Shown piece by piece: positions 8,402 to 16,725 of a DNA stretch of 20,000 nt (position 1 is its first letter; every line of letters starts with the position of its first letter). The notes beneath the pieces were generated by a model. That model saw nothing but the letters and a program-made list of their open reading frames with translations, was not told the origin of the DNA and did no database searches. The DNA comes from Veleropilina oligotropha (taxonomy: Eukaryota), in the NCBI GenBank assembly GCA_048128005.1, contig JBEUKZ010000032.1:495149-515148 (forward strand), read 5' to 3'. The translations under genes were made by a program, and so were the position numbers.

Positions 8402-9037
8402 CTAAAGCACACTATAAGCAACGGGCTGATCAGTTTTCAACAGGAGCTTAGCGTGTCTGGTCTCGGCCAACAGCCGGCGCACCACGGTCCGTTCATCCTG
8501 TGACTGAATGACATCGTTCTCGCGGAGACAGTCCTCGAAGGAATCTCGGTCCTTGCAATTAAACAAAACGACAAAGCGGGTCTGCTCCCGAAACTCCTTC
8601 AGGATCGAGTTGTACTTCTGCGTCACCACCCACACACTCTGAGCGGCGTGCCTCCCGCTAAAAGCCAGCTCAGTCAGCATGTCCCTCCTCTTGGCTAGGG
8701 CTTTGCTGGCGGCGCAGTCGTCGATGATGTATAGGGTTGATTCTCCCTGAAACAGCCGGTAGAACCCCCGCAACCAGTCATGGAGTCGCTCACCAGGGGG
8801 GATTATGTACACCTCAGGGTCGGTCCAGATCCATGGGCATGACTGGTATGCCTTGTTGAACTTGATCGTGGGGCAGAGGATCACAATATGCCGGAAGACG
8901 CCTCGGTAGACCCCTTTCAGCAGTTCAAGCATAAACAAGGTCTTCCCACAGCTGGTCTGGCCGCAGAAAATCGCGGAGTGGGGGTCCTTGGGGTGCGGAA
9001 ACTGCCTACTAGTACAGCGCTGTGACAAATCGGCCAT
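8402..9037 (-). CDS. A32-like FtsK/HerA DNA packaging ATPase
   Basis: Walker A GQTSCGKT, Walker B YIIDD, arginine finger SGRH, sensor VVTQ; adjacent to the MCP. Confidence 0.93.
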   Translation of the reverse strand: MADLSQRCTSRQFPHPKDPHSAIFCGQTSCGKTLFMLELLKGVYRGVFRHIVILCPTIKFNKAYQSCPWIWTDPEVYIIPPGERLHDWLRGFYRLFQGESTLYIIDDCAASKALAKRRDMLTELAFSGRHAAQSVWVVTQKYNSILKEFREQTRFVVLFNCKDRDSFEDCLRENDVIQSQDERTVVRRLLAETRHAKLLLKTDQPVAYSVL

Positions 9038-10313
9038 TTTCAATATGCAGCTGCGCGTCCATTATCACGAACATGTAGACGTTCAACGGGCCGGCGGCTT
9101 CGCCTGTCTTCGTGATCTGGATGGTAATGCCCTCGCTGGCATTATCTACTTTCCGGCCTGACCCATGCAGCTCGTCGTCGTCGGTAACTCTGAGGTCGAT
9201 CCAGAGTGCGAACTTTTTCGTCAGAAACTCGCCCAGGGTGACGTCCGCCAGCGCCAAGTCCTTGGCAACCATCGCGACCTCAGGATTGCGTTTGCTGATC
9301 GGAGAGGAGGCGAAGAATCTCCTGGCTTCGTCCCACATCTGGTAGGAACGCATGCCCTGGCTGTATAGTTGATTCGGCACACCCTCAATGGTGACCTCGA
9401 CCTTCGTGATCTTCGGATTGTAGAAGGCCTCGGTGTCCCTCGCGAATGGTACGGCGTCTCTCGCGGGATCCTCGAACAGAAGTAGGATTCCCTTCATGGA
9501 TTTCGCCGGCATGTTCAGGTTAAGGTTCCACAAAGTATCACTCTTGTCTCTCGTAATCTTACGATGCCGCAGGACACGATCGTACAGGATCATGAGGCGG
9601 CCCGAGTATTGATTTTTGATCAATCTGGCAATCTCAAGATTAGTGACCATGTCGTATTCCAGGCTGATATTGTCGATGACGTAGCTGGAGTCGGGGTCAT
9701 CGGTGTCCCGGATCGTCCTTGAGTGATCATTGAAGGTGAGCTCGTATTCAAGACGGTCCCCCAGCGCGCTTTGGTAGAACGGCATATGGCTCTCCAGCAA
9801 CTCGAAATCCAGCGGGATGCGGAACCTATTACCATACGCGTCCGATATAGCTGTGTCCTCAGACCGTCTGAACGCACCCTCAGCGCCGACACGGTTCTTC
9901 GTCGTGTTGTGGCTGTCGCTGGTATCAATACCCTGATATTGGGCATTCTTGTGCTCCCCTGCGGTCTTCCAGAGATCGCAGTAGCAGTGGTACACGTCGG
10001 AGTCATCTATAGACATGACTTCGTTCCCACTAATCTTTATCGTGGTCTTCTTGACCACGGCGCGTCCGATATTCTGAACTACAGTTCTGTTCGGGTTAGC
10101 CGAGGTCAGAGAGATCGTGAATGCGAGGTGGGCAGTCCCTGGCACGATCACGTCATGAGCCCCGAGGTTGGGAAACCTCACCAACAGCTGCTGGTTCGTA
10201 GCAATAGTGGATGGGTTGTTCGTTATCGTGACCGACTGGCGGACCCCTTTCACCCCAAGAGGCTCTCGAAGTCTGCGGTATGGATCAAGCTTGTGTCCAT
10301 ACACGGTGGTCAT
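9009..10313 (-). CDS. Major capsid protein (probable double jelly-roll)
   Basis: 434 aa, rich in alternating beta-strand patterns (LLVRFP, LAFTISL, LEYELTF, ISLEYD, VEVTIEG, ALWIDLR, ITIQIT); size and position beside the ATPase match Polinton/PLV MCPs. Confidence 0.85.
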   Translation of the reverse strand: MTTVYGHKLDPYRRLREPLGVKGVRQSVTITNNPSTIATNQQLLVRFPNLGAHDVIVPGTAHLAFTISLTSANPNRTVVQNIGRAVVKKTTIKISGNEVMSIDDSDVYHCYCDLWKTAGEHKNAQYQGIDTSDSHNTTKNRVGAEGAFRRSEDTAISDAYGNRFRIPLDFELLESHMPFYQSALGDRLEYELTFNDHSRTIRDTDDPDSSYVIDNISLEYDMVTNLEIARLIKNQYSGRLMILYDRVLRHRKITRDKSDTLWNLNLNMPAKSMKGILLLFEDPARDAVPFARDTEAFYNPKITKVEVTIEGVPNQLYSQGMRSYQMWDEARRFFASSPISKRNPEVAMVAKDLALADVTLGEFLTKKFALWIDLRVTDDDELHGSGRKVDNASEGITIQITKTGEAAGPLNVYMFVIMDAQLHIENGRFVTALY

Positions 10314-10325
10314 GTTGTTGTCGCT

Positions 10326-11691
10326 ATGGCTGATTTAGATGCGTATCCCGGCTTGAGTATTCAAATGGCGGAATTTCCGAACCCCACATTCGAGCCTGAT
10401 CTCATCGACTATGATGATACCACCATCGAAGATACTGATGTGGATAGATCCACTGACTGGATTGAGCCTGTTCTTTCGGAACGGCCACAGGAAGGAACCA
10501 GCAGTCTTCGGCAAGAGTTCGTGAAGGACGCGGTTGATGGCTACTACGAAGCCCTGTCGGACGTGGGGCAGACCCCGCCCCCGTGGCGTGATTATTCCCA
10601 GTTCGAGTACGTGGAGGGGGAAGGATTGCGGCTGAAGAAATATCCAAACATCGATCTCATCAATTCTAGAACGAAAGAACCCAATGCTTTGTCAACACTA
10701 GCTAACCGGAGAGGTGGGGGTAAAGCGATCAGAAAGGGGTTGGGTTTTGAACACTGGACGCGGCCAGAGAAGCGGGGGAAAGGCGGACAAAAGCTGTCCT
10801 CAAAAGCCGTTGCAGCTCTGCAGACAGCCAACAATGAGTTGAGCGGTGCGGCGGCCAACGTAGACAACGTGGAACTGCAGGACTTGGGGCAGACCGCGAC
10901 AAAGGCATCAGCTGCGATCCACAACATGGAGACGACGTTCACCGATGCTGAAGTTGAAGAGTTCTTGAACTCGGTGGAGGGGGACCCCCCTCCATTCAAT
11001 CTTCGTGAGCTTCGTGGGCTGGACAAGGCGATGCAGACCATTCGAGGCGAGCTCACTAACAACTTAGCCAAACTAACGGCGCTGGACGAACACATAGAGC
11101 TGGAGAAGAGCAAGCTCGATCAGGCAGATGAAGAGGGCGGTGTGGAAGATTTTGTACGTCGACGGATCGCGGAACGTCTGCGCAATTTACATGACGAGAG
11201 AGCAGCCCGCCTCGAGGCAGCCGGATCCAGCCGGGAGGCCCTACGCTCTCAAATCAGCCGGATCCGAGAGATGCTCAATCGGATTCTCCACTCCGACACA
11301 ACGCTGGCCGAGCGTATCCGGACCCTGTTTCGCGAGCAGGGGGTCACGATTGCGACCATACTGACCGCTATCGGGCTCGCCATCTCGACTCTGGTACTAG
11401 CACTAACCGGTGGAGCGCCGAGCATACCACAACCACCATCACCTCCCAGTGGTCAGGGGGGTCAAGGAGTGGGTCAAAAAGCAGCTGCAGAACCTGGGTC
11501 GGCTTCTAGGCAAACTCGCGGGAAAGGCCGCAGCCGCGCTCCCCGGAATACTTGGAAGCCTGATTTCCTGGCTAATCAATCTGGTTGGCAAGACTGCGTC
11601 GTGGCTCGCCGAAAACCTGTGGGCTGTGATTATATCAGTTGGGGGCTTGCTTCTTATTGCCGCTAGACAGTGGGTCACGCAAGCCAAATAA
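10326..11691 (+). CDS. Coiled-coil multi-membrane protein (~454 aa when rejoined), interrupted by a +1 frameshift in the G6 run at 11456-11461
   Basis: ATG 10326; acidic N-terminus, long coiled coil, TM (VTIATILTAIGLAISTLVLAL), Pro linker. Continues in the +1 frame as VKEWVKKQLQNLGRLLGKL...LWAVIISVGGLLL (amphipathic helices plus TM). Confidence 0.78.
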
Positions 11692-12955
11692 ACGCTAGAC
11701 CAACGACAATGCCGCCCACGATAAGTGCGGTTTTCTCCTCGTCATGTGCCGCTGGAACAGCCGCCACTGGGGCCACAGCTGGCAGAGAGCTTGGATGCTT
11801 CAGAGTAACTACCAGTATGCTTGCATCTGCGTCTTGTGGAATAACCAGTCCTGTTTCTCCAGTATCCCCAGCGGCGTTGAGCGGCACACTGGCCGCGTTG
11901 ACCGTCGTATTAAGACCGAGTGTCTGGTCTTCCGTGGCGACGACGATCTCATTGTTATAACCAGCCACCTGCCCGATCCGTAGAAGCATGTTACTTGGCG
12001 CCATGTACAGGCCAACGCCGAATACGAAGTCCACTTTGGACCTCGCATACTGGAGCACCTCTTGGTACCGTTTGATGGCTGATGGCAGATCAACTGGCGA
12101 TGCGATGGCGTCCTCGACGTTCGCCAGAAACTGTTTCTGTGCATCAAATGCCGTCCCACTCCCCAGAATACTTGTGCGTGTCTGAGCCTGCGCTCCAAGA
12201 ATCGCCCAGACGTAGGTCCTGATGGAGTCATTGAGCCTCTCCACGCCGGCCTGGGTAAACCCCACCGACTTGTCCAGGATGAAGGAAGCCCAGCCGTTTG
12301 AAAGCGCAGGCGCTTGCGCGATGTAGTCCACGTGCAGATTCGTGTTGGTCGTCCCTTTGGTGAAGGACATTCGGCTTGGATCATACTCACGTCCGATGGG
12401 GTGGTAGCCGTTGTTCGTCCAGTAGCTGTAAGCGGTGCCTAGTCCACCGTTGGGACCCTTGACACGCCAGTCGGTATGTGGGGACACTCCGAATTCGCTG
12501 CAGATCTTTTCATATGCCCTTCGGTCATACGGGGTGTCGAATGCATCCCACGTCCGGTCTTGTGGCAGCGGCGCCTGAATCTCGGTCAAGATCCTTCTGA
12601 CCTGATAGTAGACGTGGAAGGTGAATACAGCAGTGGAGAGGGCTGCAGTAGCATTCAAGTGGTCTTCTGAGGAGATCCCAGAACCCGTTGTGGCACACCA
12701 GACGGCGAAATTTACCTTGTTCTGCCAGAACCGCATCGGTGTGGTCTGCCAATCCCTTATCAGTCGGTCACTCGCGACATGTGGGAGGCGGTATTTCTGA
12801 AAGACGTCGGGATATTTGGCCTCGAATGCAGTGGTGGAGCTATTACCCACATTGATGCTTGGTCTCGTAAGCTCCTCATCTTTGATCTTTGCTGGGTACA
12901 CCACACCGGTCGGATAGGCCGCACTCCTATTAAACGCAAAGGCGCTCTTAGCCAT
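11675..12955 (-). CDS. Hypothetical protein (426 aa) with C-terminal TM anchor
   Basis: Long ATG ORF, aromatic-rich globular body, Pro/Ala linker, C-terminal ALIVGGIVVGLAFIWLA. Confidence 0.8.
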   Translation of the reverse strand: MAKSAFAFNRSAAYPTGVVYPAKIKDEELTRPSINVGNSSTTAFEAKYPDVFQKYRLPHVASDRLIRDWQTTPMRFWQNKVNFAVWCATTGSGISSEDHLNATAALSTAVFTFHVYYQVRRILTEIQAPLPQDRTWDAFDTPYDRRAYEKICSEFGVSPHTDWRVKGPNGGLGTAYSYWTNNGYHPIGREYDPSRMSFTKGTTNTNLHVDYIAQAPALSNGWASFILDKSVGFTQAGVERLNDSIRTYVWAILGAQAQTRTSILGSGTAFDAQKQFLANVEDAIASPVDLPSAIKRYQEVLQYARSKVDFVFGVGLYMAPSNMLLRIGQVAGYNNEIVVATEDQTLGLNTTVNAASVPLNAAGDTGETGLVIPQDADASILVVTLKHPSSLPAVAPVAAVPAAHDEEKTALIVGGIVVGLAFIWLA

Positions 12956-12962
12956 AGCTACT

Positions 12963-13706
12963 ATGTTCCATACATTAACAAGTGTTCAAACGGCGATCGC
13001 GGTTGCCCTCCTGGAGCCGATTGACAACCGGGAAGGCAAACTATGTGTCCGCTTGCAGTCGCTCGACTATTGGGTCGGCTGGCACAACGTCCACGCCGGA
13101 GCCTTCTTTAAGACCCCCGATACCACGGTAGAGGTGGCACCAGGTTTCTACAGCTTTGATGACCTCGCCAAGACGATGAAGAGGTCGCTAGGTAACATAC
13201 AGCTGGATGTAAGCCATGCTACAGGGCTCGCCCGAGTCGTAGTCCCAGAGGGGACCCGACTAGCGATAAGCGACGATATCAGGAAGCTCCTCGGCTTACC
13301 CCTTTCTTCGTTCATTCTCGATAAATCGGGGAATCTGAACCCTCCCCTTCGCACCGGAGTACAGGGCGATCCACCTCCCCCTCCGGAGAGATCCGAGTGG
13401 CTACGCCCTGGGACTTATGACGGGAACAAGCCTGTCGGGTTTGCCATAGCGCCGACCCTGCACGTCCACCTGGAGCAGCTCAGTACGACACACAATGTGA
13501 AGGACGGCGCCCCGAGCAATATTCTCGCGGTGGTCCCTATAACGTCGCAGATATTCGGCGAGGCTGGCCACTATCATAGCTATCCCGCCGGCCGGCGACT
13601 ACAGGCCGGGATGATCACGGAGTTGAAGGTTTATGTCACAGACGCAGATGGTAACCCGATCGACAATCACGGTATGCCCATTACCGCAGTCCTTGCGATA
13701 CAATGA
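12963..13706 (+). CDS. Minor capsid protein (penton-like single jelly-roll)
   Basis: 247 aa; PGFYS motif and C-terminal SNILAVVP...ITELKVYVTDADGNPIDNHGMPITAVLAI resemble Polinton/PLV minor capsid proteins. Confidence 0.8.
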   Translation: MFHTLTSVQTAIAVALLEPIDNREGKLCVRLQSLDYWVGWHNVHAGAFFKTPDTTVEVAPGFYSFDDLAKTMKRSLGNIQLDVSHATGLARVVVPEGTRLAISDDIRKLLGLPLSSFILDKSGNLNPPLRTGVQGDPPPPPERSEWLRPGTYDGNKPVGFAIAPTLHVHLEQLSTTHNVKDGAPSNILAVVPITSQIFGEAGHYHSYPAGRRLQAGMITELKVYVTDADGNPIDNHGMPITAVLAIQ

Positions 13707-14065
13707 GCAGCAGCATCTATGGGACCCTGCGGGCAGATGAGCCCTCTTCCCCTACCCGGTGGCACTTTGTTCTTAATTGTGGAGAAGCACCCAAGAAGAA
13801 GGGACTGGCGAAGAGGGAGTTCCTTCTTCCCAATAATGGAGGCCGGTTTGGGTTGAACCCAGCCCTCCTAATGATTCACATGATGCCGGTCCAGCCCGCC
13901 GGGGGCCCCAAAGCATGTTCCATAAGTACGCTTGGCCTGAATTCGGACAGGCTGACCCTCGCCTTCGTCGTCAAGGCCCCGTGGGTTGGCACTCTGTATT
14001 TGAACGTTTCCGTAACGGTAGACATTCGGAATCAACAGGCTGAACAATACAGCCACGAACAATGA
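13703..14065 (+). CDS. Hypothetical beta-rich protein (120 aa)
   Basis: ATGA overlaps with both neighbouring genes. Confidence 0.7.
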   Translation: MSSSIYGTLRADEPSSPTRWHFVLNCGEAPKKKGLAKREFLLPNNGGRFGLNPALLMIHMMPVQPAGGPKACSISTLGLNSDRLTLAFVVKAPWVGTLYLNVSVTVDIRNQQAEQYSHEQ

Positions 14066-14694
14066 ACAACAAGCCCTCAGCGCCAACGCTGTACCCACAG
14101 CTTGGTGGCGATGTGCCTTCGGAACTGCCGGAGGCACAGTCTTTCCGACTACAGAAAGTGAATGAGCTTCAGGGACAGCTAGAGCGAGAACGGGATGCCC
14201 GGGCTGCACTGTACAAGAAGTACCGCAGAGGTGTTAACGTCGTTGACGGGATAGATAACGGGCTAGTCGTCGCCACCCTCGGTATGGGTAGCGCTGGAAT
14301 TGGTCTACTTTCCACGATCGTTGCCGCACCTGTTGTCCTAGTGCTGGAATTAGCGGCGTTGGGGTGTGGGCTCGCTAGCATGGGTGGGAAATATATCAGC
14401 CGCCGCCTCGGGGTGAAGGCGAAAAAGCACGACGAGATCAGAGTACTGGCCGACAGCAAGCTGAATACCATAACCGACCACGTCTCAAAGGCCTTAGCGG
14501 ACGGGTTGATGTCTGATGATGAATTCCAACTGGTCACAGGGGAGATGGAGAAATACCAAGCCATGAAGGCATCAATTCGGGATAAGAGTAGGAAGGCGCA
14601 CACCGCGATTTCACAGACCCAGAGCGAGCTTATTGAGCGTGGTCGTTTAGAGGGTCGCGCAGAGCTGCTGAAAAAAATAGGGGCTGGCGACTAA
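14062..14694 (+). CDS. Coiled-coil protein with central hydrophobic hairpin and N-terminal PSAP/LYPxL motifs (membrane-active or budding candidate)
   Basis: MNNKPSAPTLYPQL; coiled coil; ~40-aa hydrophobic Gly/Ala segment; coiled coil. Confidence 0.8.
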   Translation: MNNKPSAPTLYPQLGGDVPSELPEAQSFRLQKVNELQGQLERERDARAALYKKYRRGVNVVDGIDNGLVVATLGMGSAGIGLLSTIVAAPVVLVLELAALGCGLASMGGKYISRRLGVKAKKHDEIRVLADSKLNTITDHVSKALADGLMSDDEFQLVTGEMEKYQAMKASIRDKSRKAHTAISQTQSELIERGRLEGRAELLKKIGAGD

Positions 14695-14776
14695 CTATCC
14701 AGGTTGAGCGTAGCCACGACTACCCCCCTCCTCCCCCGTATTAAAGCTAGAAATCGACAGTGATATCTGGACAACC

Positions 14777-15199
14777 ATGAAATCCATGCTACTTCTGTGC
14801 ATTGCCGCGGTGTGCTGGCTAGGGGGTGTCTCTACCCAGGCGTCGAGACACGACACTGCATTAATTCTCGAACATACGTGGGCTAGGTACCGAAATCATC
14901 CCAGGTATAACGCCCGATTTGACCCCTTGCGTAGAAACTTGCTTCTTCGCCCGGGAGACCCCACCCCTGATGTCGCCCCACCCTCGTGCCACTACTTTAT
15001 TATCGGAGAGAATGACTGTAGCCCTGCCACACCCCCAGATACTGTCACATGTGTCCAGTGTTCGGCCCCCTCCCTATGTCCTGGCAAAAATGGGGAGTAT
15101 TACACCATGCTGTCTGGCTGCTTCGGTGTGTGGAGAAAAATCGGACACCTTTCGCCATGCAATTGCACGTTGACATCGGGCAACTTCATATTCATATAA
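14777..15199 (+). CDS. Secreted Cys-rich protein (140 aa), cystine-knot-like
   Basis: Signal peptide MKSMLLLCIAAVCWLGGVSTQA; 8 Cys in the mature part, ending CNC; NCT sequon. Confidence 0.75.
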   Translation: MKSMLLLCIAAVCWLGGVSTQASRHDTALILEHTWARYRNHPRYNARFDPLRRNLLLRPGDPTPDVAPPSCHYFIIGENDCSPATPPDTVTCVQCSAPSLCPGKNGEYYTMLSGCFGVWRKIGHLSPCNCTLTSGNFIFI

Positions 15200-15258
15200 A
15201 CAGCTGCTTGGGAATTCTCTTGCCTTAAACTATATTTTCAGTATTCCCAAGCAGCTGT
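15200..15258. other. Perfect 16-bp stem hairpin directly after the stop of the secreted-protein gene
   Basis: acagctgcttgggaat (15200-15215) pairs with attcccaagcagctgt (15243-15258); 27-nt loop. Confidence 0.85.
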
Positions 15259-15567
15259 CTATTGTTGACTATCCAGTACAGCCTATTCATAGCATTTCGC
15301 TTCGCGTATCTCGGGGATTCCCCCTGCCCGCAATGACTTGAAACCATGAAACAATAGACGCCTATAGCCTTAATGGGTTTCTCAGCGGGTATGAATAGAA
15401 GCAAGCGCTTCGCCTTTAGAAATACCTGGCTATGCCGAGTCTTTAGAAATATCTCGTCACGCCTATTGTTTGCCCTCGCTCACAAGCTTACTCTGGCTGG
15501 CTGACCCAGTTAAAAATCGATTTTGTCTAATGCATTTCTCGTAGCACAGAAAGTGCAAGCTGCCAGA

Positions 15568-15705
15568 TACGTATTTAGCTGTTAGTGACCCAGAAAAAAA
15601 AGATTTCGGTCCAGAACTTTTTTTCACTGGGTCACCAAAAGCTTCAACGTAAACATGGGGACCGAAATCTTGTCGACTCATTGTATATGTCACGATGAGT
15701 CGACA
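15568..15705. ncRNA. Candidate structured RNA (two hairpins plus a loop-downstream pairing)
   Basis: Hairpin core 15585-15635 (extendable to 15568-15651); hairpin 15671-15705; 15600-15612 is complementary to 15659-15671. Confidence 0.4.
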
Positions 15706-15950
15706 GTTATTCCGTCGATCTAGCAATAACGCTTCTCGAGAATAGGCACACTAGGTCAGCCACAGGCTATGAATAGTCGACCTTCAAGAAAAAGACTAAA
15801 TGCAGTAACAAAGAGTTCTCGACACGGATACAAACATACGCCTGCCCGGCTAGGGTAGTGCGCTGTCTGTACACACAGTGACTTTTTGTAATACATGCTA
15901 TACCCTGGGTTCTGAACAGGTGCTGGGAGCCCCCACGGTCGCCCCCCGGG

Positions 15951-16058
15951 CCCCACCCTAACTCCCTAGTCCCCCTCAGTAATACCAGCTCAGTTCTGAA
16001 ATAGTGCTGGGAGCCTTATTTTTCCATTCTAAAAGGTATGGTCACCCCCCCTGCTGCT
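15951..16058 (-). repeat. Right TIR, perfect 108-bp part; imperfect extension to ~15845
   Basis: Reverse complement of 864..971, ending ...ccccccctgctgct. Confidence 0.97.
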
Positions 16059-16063
16059 TCATT
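16059..16063 (+). repeat. Target-site duplication TCATT (right copy)
   Basis: Immediately follows the right TIR. Confidence 0.88.
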
Positions 16064-16725
16064 ATTACCTGTTTTTAGCAATTAGGTCATTTTCGTGTAT
16101 CTAGGTCATCCAAGGTCAAGGGTCAAGGTCACCTTATAACGCCCACTTGTAATGTCCTAAATGTCCATAGGCTATTTTTTGCCGATTTTCGTTAATTAAG
16201 TCATTTTTGGACATCTATTTCATCCGAGGTTAAAGGTCAAGGTCTCATTATAAAATTGGCATGGCTTCACATATATTATTACATCATTATTACCTATTTT
16301 TTGGTAATTAAGTCATTTTGGGGTATCTATAGGTCATCCGAGGTCAAAGGTCAAGGTCTCATTATAAAACTTTCATGGTTTCACATGTGTTGCTATATCA
16401 TTATTACGCATTTTTTTAGTAATTATGTCATTTTTGGCTATCTAGGTCAAGGTCACCTTATAACGCCCACTTCTAATGTCCTAATTGTCCATATAGGCTA
16501 TTTATTGCCGATTTTCGTTAAGTCATTTTTGGATATCTAGGTCATCCGAGGTCAAAGGTCAAGGTTTCATTATAAAACTTGCATGGCTTCACATATGTTA
16601 CTACATCATTATTACCCATTTTTTAGCAATAATGTCATTTTGGGCTATCTAGGTCATTCAAGGTCAAATATGTCCTAATTGTCCATTGCCTATTTATATA
16701 CCAATTTTCATCATTTTTGTCATTC
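16059..16725 (+). repeat. Host satellite, continuation of the same array (right part)
   Basis: Same core at ~16101, 16215, 16330, 16442, 16537 and 16649, in register with the left part. Confidence 0.9.

Larger units (their letters stand above)
864..16058. mobile_element. Complete Polinton/Maverick-like endogenous virus (15,195 bp), Pol-helicase-fusion type
   Basis: Perfect 108-bp TIRs with 5'-AG...CT-3' ends and an (AGC)n terminal microrepeat; 5-bp TSD; integrase, packaging ATPase, capsid and PolB-like genes inside; GC-rich relative to the flanks. Removing the element restores the flanking satellite (ctacatcattattacct; compare ttacatcattattaccc at 631). Confidence 0.96.

Noticed and set aside
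9723..10325. 5' extension of the 647-aa plus-strand ORF
   Set aside because: Antisense shadow of the MCP gene; protein-like sequence starts at ATG 10326.
14670..14679. Canonical -1 slippery heptamer
   Set aside because: G_AAA_AAA and A_AAA_ATA do not fit X_XXY_YYZ exactly, so the mechanism is left open.
15463..15726. 87-aa minus-strand ORF in the hairpin region
   Set aside because: No recognisable motif; the sequence is better explained by inverted repeats, though not fully excluded.
864..16058. Bacterial prophage or Helitron interpretation
   Set aside because: The rve integrase, TIRs with TSD, jelly-roll-type capsids and LINE/microsatellite flanks indicate a eukaryotic Polinton-like virus; no HUH Rep domain seen.
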